Positions 38,459 to 48,768 of a stretch of 64,000 nucleotides of DNA are shown here, in pieces. Source of the DNA: Candidatus Aenigmatarchaeota archaeon (GTDB lineage Archaea > Aenigmatarchaeota > Aenigmatarchaeia > JACPZZ01); assembly GCA_043801595.1 (NCBI GenBank), contig JAZDLW010000019.1:1-64000 (forward strand), written 5' to 3'. Position 1 is the first letter of the stretch. Each line of letters opens with the position of its first letter. The notes beneath the pieces were generated by a model. It searched no databases. It was not told the DNA's origin and saw only the letters and a program-made list of their open reading frames with translations. The translations under genes and the position numbers were made by a program.

Positions 38459-38550
38459 TGTTTATTGTTTTACGCCTTTTGAAATTTAAGCGGCTGGAAA
38501 CAAAGGTTATTAAAAACAAATAACGATAATATATTTGTATTCGATTCAAA

Positions 38551-38716
38551 CTTCATAGGAAATTATCGGATTTCCTATGCGGGAAATCATCGGATTTCCC
38601 GCACACGAAAACCTGCGGGTTTTCTTTGTGCACGGAAACATCGGTTTCCGTTGTTTGGAAAAGTTTGATCAAATAAGCCTTTTCATAAAAGGCTTAAGCG
38701 AAAAGAGAATGAAAAA
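38551..38716. repeat. Largest composite copy of the palindromic repeat family (about 5 tandem hairpins)
   Basis: CATAGGAAAT/ATTTCCTATG, GCGGGAAAT/ATTTCCCGC, GAAAAC/GTTTTC, ACGGAAAC/GTTTCCGT, AAAAGTTTGATCAAA, TAAGCCTTTT/AAAAGGCTTA. Confidence 0.8.
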
Positions 38717-38725
38717 GGCGGTTTT

Positions 38726-39376
38726 ATGGGCGAGATGACGTTAGGCGATGTGAAGATCGAGCATTTCGGACACGCGTCTTTCCGCATTACGCACAAGGAC
38801 AGTTTTTTCTACATAGATCCTTACATAAAGCCCGACGACGGGAAAAAGTCCGAATTAATCCTTGCGACGCACGAGCATTTTGACCATTGTTCGCAGGAAA
38901 ATATACGCGAATTGTTGGAGGAAACCGGTACGGTTATCGCCCCTACTGGTTGTCTCTCGCAACTTGAAGGTTTGAATGTGCAAATCATTGAGGCGGGTGA
39001 CGAGATAGATGCGGACGGCATAATTATCAAAGCCGTTGCGGCATACAATACGAACAAATTCCGTTCGCCCGGAAACGTATTCCATCCGCGCGGGTTGGGT
39101 GTCGGATACGTTATCACGATCGGAAAAATCACGGTATACCATGCGGGTGATACGGATTTTGTAAGAGAGATGAAAAATCTCGGAAAAATCGATGTGGCAT
39201 TGCTGCCGATTGGAGGAACGTATACCATGGACGCAAACGAGGCGGCACAAGCTGCGAATGCGATAAGGCCGAGAATCGCTATACCGATGCATTACAGCGC
39301 AAAAGAAAACCTCAAGGTGAATCCGCAAGACTTTGCGAAACTCGTTGACAAATCAGTAGAAGTAAGGATAATCTAA
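38726..39376 (+). CDS. Metallo-beta-lactamase-fold hydrolase
   Basis: GHASF, IDPY, THEHFDH, YHAGDT, PIGG, PMHY. Confidence 0.9.
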   Translation: MGEMTLGDVKIEHFGHASFRITHKDSFFYIDPYIKPDDGKKSELILATHEHFDHCSQENIRELLEETGTVIAPTGCLSQLEGLNVQIIEAGDEIDADGIIIKAVAAYNTNKFRSPGNVFHPRGLGVGYVITIGKITVYHAGDTDFVREMKNLGKIDVALLPIGGTYTMDANEAAQAANAIRPRIAIPMHYSAKENLKVNPQDFAKLVDKSVEVRII

Positions 39377-39390
39377 AACCGCATTCCGAT

Positions 39391-40542
39391 TTAATACAAT
39401 CCCAATTCGACTATTCTCTTTGCGATGTACGCTGGGCCGTCGAGCGTTCCGAATTCTTTTTTCAGCTCGGCGTTTGTTGCATTGATATATGGAATGCAAA
39501 ACTGCGCTATTTCAACAGCCTCGTCGACCTGTTCCGGTTTTTTAATTTCCACACCGAGTCCGTGTTTTTTTACGGTCTTCGCGTTGTGGATAAATTCCTC
39601 GTCGTCGCCTTTGACCCATGCAGGGTAGACAACAGGCTTTCCGGCGTTCCATGCCGACCACAACATGCCGTATCCTAACTGCCCAACGATTGCGCGTATA
39701 CGCGGGTCGGCGTAAACGTGAACGAACTCCGCACGGGGCGGGGTTATTTTTACGTATTTTTCGCCATCGACTGGCGAGAATAAACCTGTTACGATTTTGT
39801 GACCGGTTCTTGCAACGATTTGTTTCAATTCCTCGATTTTTTTGCCGGTACCGCTGAATACCATTCCTATTGAATCGTTTGGTATTGCGATGTCAGCGCG
39901 AACTGGCGATTCTTTCATGTGAGGAGTGAATTCCTCGTTTTCCAGAGGCTCGTAGCTTTTGTCGTACTCTAAACTGTGGATACGCGGGATAAAGTTCACG
40001 CTTCTTTTTTTCTCTTTATTCCGCATAAAATTGCCGAATTCCGCAAAGCTTGTCATCTTGCTTCTTTTTAACATTTCACTGTGGCGCAGAGGAAACGCGT
40101 AAGCTATCGGAACATCCATTCCGAAATCGTCATAGAGGTCGCCTGTGCTAAGGACAATTCTTGCGTTATTGCTTTTGAACGCTTTCTCTTCGTTTTCAAG
40201 ATTTTTCACACTGAAAGCGGTATAATGTTTTTTTAGCGCTTCGTTCACTGTTGGCATATACTTCACATTGTTTGCAAGCCAATCTTTGTGATCAATCGCA
40301 TTTCCCCAGTAAACGCCATAAGCGAGGGCTATGTCTGCGGCGAATGTGTCCGGGTAAACACGCCTTCTGTCGATTTCCCTGTTATCAGCGATCTCCTTTA
40401 ACAGTCCTATTTTTGATCCGGGGACAGGAAGGACTATGTCCAAATTCGGATTCAACACCATCAGGTGATATGCTATGTTCAGCGCCATGAATATCGGTTC
40501 ATTGCCGTGCGAGAACCTTGCCAAAATATATTCGTTGCTCAT
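39391..40542 (-). CDS. GT-B fold glycosyltransferase-like protein
   Basis: C-terminal VGQLGYGMLWSAWNAGKPVV...EFIHNAKTVKKHGLG resembles the GT28 C-domain. Confidence 0.55.
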   Translation of the reverse strand: MSNEYILARFSHGNEPIFMALNIAYHLMVLNPNLDIVLPVPGSKIGLLKEIADNREIDRRRVYPDTFAADIALAYGVYWGNAIDHKDWLANNVKYMPTVNEALKKHYTAFSVKNLENEEKAFKSNNARIVLSTGDLYDDFGMDVPIAYAFPLRHSEMLKRSKMTSFAEFGNFMRNKEKKRSVNFIPRIHSLEYDKSYEPLENEEFTPHMKESPVRADIAIPNDSIGMVFSGTGKKIEELKQIVARTGHKIVTGLFSPVDGEKYVKITPPRAEFVHVYADPRIRAIVGQLGYGMLWSAWNAGKPVVYPAWVKGDDEEFIHNAKTVKKHGLGVEIKKPEQVDEAVEIAQFCIPYINATNAELKKEFGTLDGPAYIAKRIVELGLY

Positions 40543-41276
40543 TTTTCATAAACCTCTTTCTGCATTGAATTAGAAAATTCTTCTGGCGTGTTATGCTGTA
40601 CATGTTCGTATAGAATGTTGTTGAAACCGTTGGATTGTTTTTTCAAATCTTCTAGGTCTTTGCCTGTCATCATGAGCGCGGCGTTTATTGTGTACGGTTT
40701 GTTTTCAAGTATCGGGTTATTGGCTCTCTGGATATCATTGTACCGATAGTTCGCTTTTACTGTGCATGATAAAATACCGTCATTTTTCAGCACACGCTTA
40801 ATTTCCCGCAGGCATTTCGCCTGATCTTCTTGTCCGATGAAATGCATGAAATTCATAGCGCAAACGATATCCATCGACGATGCGTCGAAAGGCAGGTGCT
40901 GCGCATCAGTGACAATGATTTCGTCCAGATCATTTGACTTTGCGATTTTTGCGGCATCTTCGGACACGTCTACGCCTATCGAACGCGTTTTGTAACCCAG
41001 GTTCGCAAGATAATTTTGCATGTTTTTCATAGCTTCGCCCGTCGAACAACCTATGTCCAGAATTGTTAGCGCGCCTGCATTTTGCGGATTGCCGCGCTTC
41101 GTTTCTAGGTAACTTGCAACCGGCGCTAAGAATTCTGTGTACCTGTCGCTGAATGTAAGGTTGCTTCTCCATATCCTGCTGCCGTTATTGATGTCGTATG
41201 CGAAATCAGCAGCCACGGATTGGTCGACGCCGTTTATAACACCTTTGTCGGATGTGCGGTTTGCAGCATAAAACAT
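40539..41276 (-). CDS. Class I SAM-dependent methyltransferase
   Basis: ILDIGCSTG, GVDVS, LPFDASSMD, RVLKNDG; start after GGTGAT. Confidence 0.85.
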   Translation of the reverse strand: MFYAANRTSDKGVINGVDQSVAADFAYDINNGSRIWRSNLTFSDRYTEFLAPVASYLETKRGNPQNAGALTILDIGCSTGEAMKNMQNYLANLGYKTRSIGVDVSEDAAKIAKSNDLDEIIVTDAQHLPFDASSMDIVCAMNFMHFIGQEDQAKCLREIKRVLKNDGILSCTVKANYRYNDIQRANNPILENKPYTINAALMMTGKDLEDLKKQSNGFNNILYEHVQHNTPEEFSNSMQKEVYEK

Positions 41277-41418
41277 AGTTATCACCACTAGTAAGTGACA
41301 GTGATATATAAATCTTATGTTCGTCAAATGTCGATTTGCGGAAGCGATAATCATTATGGCTGGTAAATCAACTATTTAAGCTGAAATTCATTAATGTAAA
41401 AGAATCAGGCGAAAACTT

Positions 41419-41712
41419 ATGAAATATCCGAGAAAAGTGCGAAAATACTGCCAGACATGCAAAAAGCACACTGAACAAACTGTTGAAAGGGCAAAGAAAC
41501 GCGGACGCGCGATGGGTCATCCTATGTCCCAATCACAAAGAAGGTTCAAAAGAAAATTAGCAGGTTACGGTGCGTTCCCAAGGCCAAATCCGAAAGGACG
41601 GGCCAAGCCGACCACCAAAGTCGACTTGAGATTCAAGTGCACCGTTTGCGGGAAAAAACACGTTTCCGGAAAAGGTTTCAGGGTAAAGAAACTTGAATTC
41701 GAGAAAGAATAA
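41419..41712 (+). CDS. rpl44e: 50S ribosomal protein L44e
   Basis: [26 protein letters not shown]. Confidence 0.95.
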   Translation: MKYPRKVRKYCQTCKKHTEQTVERAKKRGRAMGHPMSQSQRRFKRKLAGYGAFPRPNPKGRAKPTTKVDLRFKCTVCGKKHVSGKGFRVKKLEFEKE

Positions 41713-41725
41713 CAATGGTGATAAT

Positions 41726-41902
41726 ATGACAAAACAAAAATCGATGTTCCTGCGCGTGAAATGCGGAAAGTGCAATAACGAGCAGGCGGTATTTTCGCGC
41801 GCATCTATGAAAGTTAAATGTCTCGTATGCGGCGAGATTCTTGCCGAACCGAGCGGCGGCGAGGCGAAATTAAAAACGCAGATTCTGGAAGTATTGAAGT
41901 AA
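41726..41902 (+). CDS. rps27e: 30S ribosomal protein S27e
   Basis: FLRVKCGKCNNEQ...CLVCG...PSGG. Confidence 0.95.
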   Translation: MTKQKSMFLRVKCGKCNNEQAVFSRASMKVKCLVCGEILAEPSGGEAKLKTQILEVLK

Positions 41903-41949
41903 ACTTTATTTTTTCGCATTAATTAATTCGCGACATCAAGTGAATAGTT

Positions 41950-42717
41950 ATGAAAAGGAGAGACGCTTTTCCGGTTTTTGGCGAACTCGTAGTCGGCACT
42001 ATAGTCGCAGTCAATCCTTATTCGGCCTCTGCACGGTTAGACGAGTATAACAGCAACGGCATGATACACATTTCCGAAGTTTCTTCAAAATGGGTAAGGG
42101 ATATCCGCGAATTTGTAAAGGAGAACCAGCGCTGCGTTTGCAAGGTAATGAAGGTTGATGCGGAACAAGGCCACATAAACCTGTCGCTGAAGCGCGTTAG
42201 CAAAGAAGAGTATGACAGAAAAATGTCCGATTTCAAGAGCGAGGAAAAGGCGGAAAAGATGCTCGAGGACATAGGCAAACAGATGGAAAAAACCCTTGAT
42301 CAGATGTACGACGAGGTCGGTTATCAGTTACAGGACACGTTCGGTTCGTTGTTCAAGGCGTTTAAAATCGCGCTGAAAGACAAAAAACTGCTTGTCAAAA
42401 AAGGCGTCAATGAGAAATACGTTGATGCAATAGTCGATTCTGCGTCGAAAATATTTCAGGAAAGCAAGACCGAGCTGAAATGCAGACTCACGCTGACCTC
42501 GAAAAAACCAGACGGCATAAACGCAATAAAGAAAGCGTTGCTTGATGCGGAGAAGGAAGGCGTTGAGATAAGGTACATTTCCGCGCCGGTTTATATGTTA
42601 AAACTCATTGGCACTGACCCGAAGAAAACGGAAAAGAAAGTAATATCCATAGCCGAATCAATTTCAAACGCGATCGAGAAGAGCGGCGGAGAAGCCAGCT
42701 ACGAGCTTGTTTATTGA
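41950..42717 (+). CDS. eif2a: Translation initiation factor 2 subunit alpha
   Basis: S1 domain GMIHISEVS, INLSLKRV, SAPVY; conserved operon. Confidence 0.93.
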   Translation: MKRRDAFPVFGELVVGTIVAVNPYSASARLDEYNSNGMIHISEVSSKWVRDIREFVKENQRCVCKVMKVDAEQGHINLSLKRVSKEEYDRKMSDFKSEEKAEKMLEDIGKQMEKTLDQMYDEVGYQLQDTFGSLFKAFKIALKDKKLLVKKGVNEKYVDAIVDSASKIFQESKTELKCRLTLTSKKPDGINAIKKALLDAEKEGVEIRYISAPVYMLKLIGTDPKKTEKKVISIAESISNAIEKSGGEASYELVY

Positions 42718-42730
42718 ATCGGGATGAATT

Positions 42731-42892
42731 ATGAATAAAATAAAAAAATGCGAGCGCTCCCATTACACGCTGAAAGACGTGTGCGTCGAATGCGGTTTGC
42801 GCACACGTTCGGCGCATCCGATGAAATTCTCCCCCGAAGACAGGTACGGAAAATACAGGCGGATGGCTGAAAAACAGGATATATACCCGTGA
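42731..42892 (+). CDS. nop10: H/ACA RNP protein Nop10
   Basis: Manual translation YTLKDVCVECG...HPMKFSPEDRYGKYRR. Confidence 0.92.
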   Translation: MNKIKKCERSHYTLKDVCVECGLRTRSAHPMKFSPEDRYGKYRRMAEKQDIYP

Positions 42893-42914
42893 AAATAATC
42901 TTATTTTGATAGAA

Positions 42915-43712
42915 ATGGAAACACATATCGTAGTTTCGGAGACGCCAAAATTAAACAACCCCATACTCATTGAAGGCTTGCCCGGCGTGGGAAATGTCGG
43001 GCGCGTTGCTGCGGGTTATTTCATAGACCAGGCTAAGGCGGTAAAATTTGCGGAATTGTATTCGAGACATTTTCTGCCTTTCGTACTTGTCCACGACAAT
43101 GCGGAAGTTTCGCTGCTTAAGAATGAATTCTACTATGTCAAGGCAAAGAAAAAGGGTGACCGCGACATAATCGTTTTGATCGGCGACGCACAATCATTGG
43201 ACCAGGTCGGGCATTACGAAATTGCCACAAAGATCCTCGATTTCGTGGCGGGATTCGGTTGCAAAGAGTTGTACACACTCGGCGGGTTCGGAACAGGCCA
43301 GATTGAAACGCAATCGCCAAAAGTTTTCGGCGCAATGTCGTCGCAGAAACTGAGAAAAAAACTTGAAAGTTTTGGAATAGATTTTGACGTTTCACCAAAG
43401 ATCGGCACAATTGTCGGAGCTTCGGGCCTTCTGCTCGGGCTTGGAAAGCTAAGGGGAATGGAAGGCGTCTGCCTGATGGGCGAGACTGCGGGCTTTCCGA
43501 TTGTAACAGATCCGAAATCGGCGGAGGCTGTGTTAAGAGTGCTTGTAAAAATACTGGGTATCAAGCTTGACATGAAAGGGCTTGACCAGAGGGTAAAGGA
43601 AATGGAGAGCTTCATAAACAAGGTTGAATCGCTGCAGAGAAAGGCGGTTGAAGAGATGCAAAGGGGCTCGCAAAAGGATGCGAAGGACGACCAGCTCAGG
43701 TACATAGGCTAA
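42915..43712 (+). CDS. Proteasome assembly chaperone (PAC2 family)
   Basis: EGLPGVGNVG, YTLGG, CLMGET, DPKSA, LRYIG C-terminus. Confidence 0.9.
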   Translation: METHIVVSETPKLNNPILIEGLPGVGNVGRVAAGYFIDQAKAVKFAELYSRHFLPFVLVHDNAEVSLLKNEFYYVKAKKKGDRDIIVLIGDAQSLDQVGHYEIATKILDFVAGFGCKELYTLGGFGTGQIETQSPKVFGAMSSQKLRKKLESFGIDFDVSPKIGTIVGASGLLLGLGKLRGMEGVCLMGETAGFPIVTDPKSAEAVLRVLVKILGIKLDMKGLDQRVKEMESFINKVESLQRKAVEEMQRGSQKDAKDDQLRYIG

Positions 43713-43790
43713 ACTTTTGGGACAACGGAAAGCAAAGCTTTCCGTGCATAGGAAATTCGATAATTTCCTATGAAAGTTTAATCAAAAACG
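43711..43790. repeat. Palindromic repeat-family copy
   Basis: ACGGAAAGC/GCTTTCCGT and CATAGGAAAT/ATTTCCTATG hairpins followed by AAAGTTTAATCAAAA. Confidence 0.75.
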
Positions 43791-43851
43791 TCAATATTAA
43801 GCTTAAGAACATTGTTGTGCAGATTAATTGATTGCCTGAAGAGGATTTCTT

Positions 43852-44025
43852 ATGGAATACACCAGATTCGAGAGGGTAAGGATAATCGGTGCAAGAGCGC
43901 TGCAAATATCGCTCGGTGCGCCTGTCCTTATCAAAGACATTGATGAAATTGACCCTGTCAAGATCGCCATCAAGGAAATGGAACAGAACCTGATACCGAT
44001 AACGGTCATAAGGCCGAAAGCTTAA
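43852..44025 (+). CDS. rpoK: RNA polymerase subunit K (Rpo6)
   Basis: Manual translation [24 protein letters not shown]. Confidence 0.95.
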   Translation: MEYTRFERVRIIGARALQISLGAPVLIKDIDEIDPVKIAIKEMEQNLIPITVIRPKA

Positions 44026-44080
44026 TCAAATAAGCTTTTAAGAAAAGCTTAAGCAAAAACGGAAAAGTTTGATCAAAAAA
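44017..44080. repeat. Palindromic repeat-family copy overlapping the rpoK stop
   Basis: TCAAATAAGCTTTTAAGAAAAGCTTAAGCAAAAACGGAAAAGTTTGATCAAAA. Confidence 0.75.
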
Positions 44081-44111
44081 TATTTATACGACCTGAAAAC
44101 TAAACAGGTTT

Positions 44112-45284
44112 ATGATAAACGATTTGCGTTTTCTAAAGGTGCCCAATTCAAAGGCTGGCGAGTCTGTGGCGATACGCGCAAAGACGGACAAATATTACAT
44201 GGCTTCGGTGCCGTCGGGGACGTCGAAAAGCGATTCCGAGGCTGTTGATCTTCCGCTTGACATTGTTGAAAAACGATTCTACGACATAAAGGACAAGATC
44301 ATCGGAATAGATGAAAACAATTTTGAAGCTGTTGACGATTTCTTAAAACAGGCGGACGGAACGAACAATTTCCGCAAGCTGGGCGGCAATTTATCGCTGG
44401 CAATATCAATGGCAGTATTCCGCGCCGCTGCGAAGGGTGATATCTGGAAGCTGGTAAATCAGTTCGCATCAACATTCCCGTTTCCGATGGGAAACGTAAT
44501 CGGCGGGGGCAGCCACGGCGGCAATACGACAATACAGGAATTCCTGATAATTCCGGCAAAGGCGAGAACAATGGAAGAGGCGGTAGCGACGAACAGGGAA
44601 ATAAGAAAAACAGTCGGCGACCAGCTTGAGGCGAGAAACTGGTTAATTGCGACAAATACGGAGAACGCCTTTACGACAAAGCTCGACGACATGAAGACTC
44701 TTGAAATGCTTACCGCAATTGCGAAAAATTACGGTGCGTTGGTTGGTATCGACGTTGCGGCGTCGCAGTTCCATTTCAACGCGCGGTATTCCTACGACGC
44801 GCTCGGCAAAAGCTTAAACCCAGTGCAGCAGCTTGAATTTATCCAAGAATTGATAAAGAACTACAAACTTTTCTATGTCGAAGATCCTTTGTACGAAAAG
44901 GACTTCGACCACTTCGCGGAACTTACGAAAAGCGTGAAAGGCTGTATAATAGCGGGCGATGATTTGTACTCCACCAACAAAGCGCTGATTGCGAAAGGCA
45001 TAGAAAAAAATTCAACCAACGGCGTGATAATCAAGCCAAACCAGTGCGGTACTGTATCGTCGGCGTTAGGCGCAGCGATGCTGGCAAAGAAAGCTGGATT
45101 TTGTTTAATCGCGTCGCACCGCTCAGTCGAAACAACGGATAACTGGATATCGGATTTTGCGGTCGGGTTAGGCGCGTCGCTGATAAAGACGGGGATAATC
45201 GGGAAAGAGCGCGAATCCAAACTTAACAGGCTCGCGGAAATATGGAACAAAATTGAAAAACCGAGAATGGCAAAGCTGTTTTAA
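44112..45284 (+). CDS. eno: Enolase
   Basis: PSGTS, LGGN, GGGSH, IQEF, DVAAS, EDP, GDDL, KPNQ, SHRS, IKTG. Confidence 0.9.
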   Translation: MINDLRFLKVPNSKAGESVAIRAKTDKYYMASVPSGTSKSDSEAVDLPLDIVEKRFYDIKDKIIGIDENNFEAVDDFLKQADGTNNFRKLGGNLSLAISMAVFRAAAKGDIWKLVNQFASTFPFPMGNVIGGGSHGGNTTIQEFLIIPAKARTMEEAVATNREIRKTVGDQLEARNWLIATNTENAFTTKLDDMKTLEMLTAIAKNYGALVGIDVAASQFHFNARYSYDALGKSLNPVQQLEFIQELIKNYKLFYVEDPLYEKDFDHFAELTKSVKGCIIAGDDLYSTNKALIAKGIEKNSTNGVIIKPNQCGTVSSALGAAMLAKKAGFCLIASHRSVETTDNWISDFAVGLGASLIKTGIIGKERESKLNRLAEIWNKIEKPRMAKLF

Positions 45285-45367
45285 TTTTTTTAAAGGCAGT
45301 AGTTGGTCAACGGACATTCTGCATAACGCTTAAACCCTTAACTATCAACTAACTATCAGTGTTCCAG

Positions 45368-46099
45368 ATGGCATCAAGACCTGAAATTATGGAAAGGCTC
45401 GTAATGCAGCCGGCAAGTTCCGTTTATCCGTTACTAGGAACGGCTTACAAAAGCGCGGGCAATAACATTGAGTATTCAATGCATCTTGTCATGACGGGCA
45501 AGAGCTATTACGATTCCAAGCCGAAAGATGGAAGGATGTCAACGGCAGCCGAAGAGTTAGCGATCCAGCTTTCGCTGGAACGTGCTGGCCAAGATCCGAA
45601 GAAAGTGGGCGTATTCAATGATTTGTTCGTAATAAATGATTCTTATTGGCGCGTGTGGCAATGGACAGCGACTGGTTTACGAATCCCGAAAGGACGAGAT
45701 CCGACTAAATACGAAACCGACGCAAAAGGAAGAAAATACTGGGCAAGGGAAGTACTGATAGGAAAAGACGTAATCGGTGAAATTCTCGTTCCCGAAGGCA
45801 ATGGAAGAGTCGCTGTTGAATGGGACGAAGTTTTCGGATTGCCAAAAACAACGGACAACATCGATTTCCCGCACAAACCTTACACGACTCATTTTTGGTT
45901 TAACCAAACTCCCAGCAAAGACGGCAAATCCGGCCATTATGATGTCGCTGTCGGGCGTAGGGGCTTTTGGCTCCGCGATGTGGACAGGGGATGCCTCGCC
46001 GTCAACGCGCTCTACGCGCGTTCGGATGCGGGTTCGGATGACGGCTTCCGTCCGGTTCGGGGTTCGTTGCCGGAAATTAAAAATACTTCTGCAAAATAA
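45368..46099 (+). CDS. Hypothetical protein, probable DGR target (C-type lectin-like C-terminus)
   Basis: C-terminal ...YARSDAGSDDGFRPVRG encoded by an A-depleted, GC-rich segment. Confidence 0.6.
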   Translation: MASRPEIMERLVMQPASSVYPLLGTAYKSAGNNIEYSMHLVMTGKSYYDSKPKDGRMSTAAEELAIQLSLERAGQDPKKVGVFNDLFVINDSYWRVWQWTATGLRIPKGRDPTKYETDAKGRKYWAREVLIGKDVIGEILVPEGNGRVAVEWDEVFGLPKTTDNIDFPHKPYTTHFWFNQTPSKDGKSGHYDVAVGRRGFWLRDVDRGCLAVNALYARSDAGSDDGFRPVRGSLPEIKNTSAK

Positions 46100-46284
46100 A
46101 TATTGTTTATTTTTCTAAACTCCGCAGCTTTCGCCGCCGCTCGTTTGCGGAATGAGGTTCTGCGCCTTCAATGGCTGATAAACATTTCTACGGAAACCAT
46201 TTGTTTCCGTGCAGAGGAAATGACAGCTTTTCCTCTGTCGCGCATCGAAGAACCTATTTAAATACCACCCTATTATCTGTATTG

Positions 46285-47013
46285 ATGCAAGAGGATCTTT
46301 TGATTCCAAGGGCGGAATACCTGTCAGCCGGCGTACATATCGGGATGAGGCAGCGCACGGAAGATATGAAGGAGTTCATTTTCAAGATACGATCCGATGG
46401 TTTAGCTGTTCTTGACATCAAAAAACTGGATGACAGAATCCGAGTTGCTGCGAAATTCCTCGCAAGCAGAAAGAGTATGCTCATAGTTTCGCGAAGAGGC
46501 GTCGGAATGAAGGCGGCTGAGAAATTTGCAGAGCTCACGGGCGGAAAAGCGATAACAGGACGGTTTTTTCCGGGCACGCTGACAAACCCGGCGTATGAAA
46601 AATTCTTCCAGCCGGATGTTGTGATCGCTATGGATCCTTTGGTTGATGCGCAGGCCGTTGTCGAGGCTGTCGACGAAAGAATACCTGTCGTTGCTTTGTG
46701 TGACACGTTCAATGAAACCAAGAATCTGGATCTTATACTGCCGACGAATAACAAGGGAAAGCGCGCACTAGCGCTGATATTCTGGCTTCTCACACGGGAA
46801 ACTATGAAATTGAAAGGGCTGGTAAAGTCTGACGAAGAATACGCCTCGATGATAGCGGAAAAGGTCAAAGCGGAAACGCCCGGACTCAAACCCGATGCTG
46901 CGGTAGACGGCGTAACTTATTTCGAAGGCGTCGAAACGTATGAGGACAGGGCAAAAGAAGAGAATAAGTACGAAAGAAAAGGCAAGCCTGGAAGAAGGAA
47001 TCAGAGGCGTTAA
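46285..47013 (+). CDS. rps2: 30S ribosomal protein S2
   Basis: YLSAGVHIG, GRFFPGTLTNP, IPVVALCDT, PTNNKG. Confidence 0.95.
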   Translation: MQEDLLIPRAEYLSAGVHIGMRQRTEDMKEFIFKIRSDGLAVLDIKKLDDRIRVAAKFLASRKSMLIVSRRGVGMKAAEKFAELTGGKAITGRFFPGTLTNPAYEKFFQPDVVIAMDPLVDAQAVVEAVDERIPVVALCDTFNETKNLDLILPTNNKGKRALALIFWLLTRETMKLKGLVKSDEEYASMIAEKVKAETPGLKPDAAVDGVTYFEGVETYEDRAKEENKYERKGKPGRRNQRR

Positions 47014-47055
47014 AACAATATTATTCTAGTTGCATCAACTGATGTAGTGGTAATT

Positions 47056-48768
47056 ATGGACGATATACGAAAAGCGGCGAAAAAGTACGCTTTGCAGAAT
47101 GCCGTATTCTTTGGCGGCAAAGCCAACATGGGCGCTGTGATAGGAAAGATAATGGCTGACAAACCAACGCCGAAGGACAGGATCAAAGATATACAGGCTG
47201 TTGCAAGAGAGGAAGTTGAAACCGTTAATCGTATGTCCGCTGACGACCAGCGAAGGGAGCTTGCGTTGATCGATCCTTCACTGCTCGAGAAAAAGGAAAA
47301 GGAGCAGCGCAAGGGTCTTCCGGAACTTTTGAACGCGATAAAAGGAAAAGTCGTAACGCGTTTCCCGCCGGAGCCGAACGGATATCCTCATCTGGGCCAT
47401 GCAAAGGCCGCGATAATAGGCGAAACCTATGCAAGGATGTACGACGGCAAATTCATTCTGCGTTTCGACGACACCAACCCGCTAAAAGAAAAGAGGGAAT
47501 ATTACGACGCTATAAAGCTTGGAACAGATTGGCTCGGCATAAAATTTGACAGGATAAAAAACACTTCCGATGACATGGAAAAAATTTACAAATATGCGGA
47601 AAAACTGGTCAACGACGGAAACGCTTATGTCTGCTTTTGCAAAATGGAGGATATGCGGAAAAACAGGGCGGAGATGCGGGAATGCGAATGCAGAAACGCC
47701 GACACAAAAAAAACGAAAGAAAACTGGAAAATGATGTTTTCAAAACTGATGCCGAACGAGGCGATACTGCGATTAAAAACCGATATCGCGAACGTAAACA
47801 CGGCTGTTCGGGATCCGACGTTATTCAGGATAATCGACCACGATCATCCGTTGCAACGAAAAAAATACAGGGTGTGGCCGACATACGATTTTTCGGTCGC
47901 GATAGAAGACCATATCGACGGCATAACGCATGCGATGCGCACGAAGGAATACGAATTAAGAGACGAATTATATTTCACGCTGATAAAACTGCTCAACCTC
48001 AATAAACCCGAATTAATAGAATTTTCCAGGCTTGAGATGGAGAACGCGCCGTTGTCGAAAAGAAAAATAAACCCACTGATTGATAAAAAGCTTGTTGAAG
48101 GCTGGGACGATCCACGATTACCTACGTTAGCAGGATTGTGCAGGCGCGGTTTTCTTCCAGAAGCGATAAGGGAGTTTGTAATCTCGCTCGGTATTGCGAA
48201 GACGGAGGCTGTGATAAAATGGGAAGCGCTTGAAAGCATTAACCGAAAAGTTCTGGACCCAATGGTCAACAGGTATTATTTTGTTCCGGATCCTATTCGC
48301 GTCGAGATAAAAGGCGCTCCATTGGTTGTTAAATCGGACGCACCACTACACCCTTTGAAAAAGGACAATAAGAGTTACGAGTTCAAGGGACCGGATTTTT
48401 ATGTTTACATTTCCGGCGATGACGCCAAAGTTATGCGGAAAGACGACAATGTCAGGTTGATGCATTTGTTCAATATTGTAATTACAAAAATAGGCGAAAA
48501 ATACATGGAGGCGAAATATGCCGGCGACGACAAGGCTGCGAAAAAAATACACTGGGCGCCGCAAAATTCCATCCGTGTGTCCCTTCGCACATTCGAGCCG
48601 CTGTTTATCAACGAAGAATTTAACAAAAACAGCCTTGCAATAAGGGAAGGTTTGCTGGAACCGCACGGCCAAATCATCAACGAAGGAGAGCGTGTGCAGT
48701 TCGAACGCATGTGTTTTGCAATACTGGACGATAAAAAATCGATGACGTTCAATATGATACACAGGTGA
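47056..48768 (+). CDS. gltX: Glutamate--tRNA ligase
   Basis: RFPPEPNGYPHLGH, RFDDTNP, VWPTYDF, LSKRK, GWDDPRLPT. Confidence 0.96.
   Translation: MDDIRKAAKKYALQNAVFFGGKANMGAVIGKIMADKPTPKDRIKDIQAVAREEVETVNRMSADDQRRELALIDPSLLEKKEKEQRKGLPELLNAIKGKVVTRFPPEPNGYPHLGHAKAAIIGETYARMYDGKFILRFDDTNPLKEKREYYDAIKLGTDWLGIKFDRIKNTSDDMEKIYKYAEKLVNDGNAYVCFCKMEDMRKNRAEMRECECRNADTKKTKENWKMMFSKLMPNEAILRLKTDIANVNTAVRDPTLFRIIDHDHPLQRKKYRVWPTYDFSVAIEDHIDGITHAMRTKEYELRDELYFTLIKLLNLNKPELIEFSRLEMENAPLSKRKINPLIDKKLVEGWDDPRLPTLAGLCRRGFLPEAIREFVISLGIAKTEAVIKWEALESINRKVLDPMVNRYYFVPDPIRVEIKGAPLVVKSDAPLHPLKKDNKSYEFKGPDFYVYISGDDAKVMRKDDNVRLMHLFNIVITKIGEKYMEAKYAGDDKAAKKIHWAPQNSIRVSLRTFEPLFINEEFNKNSLAIREGLLEPHGQIINEGERVQFERMCFAILDDKKSMTFNMIHR

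Noticed and set aside
38551..38716. Possible CRISPR array
   Set aside because: The units are heterogeneous hairpins without identical repeats or unique spacers, and there are no cas genes in the window
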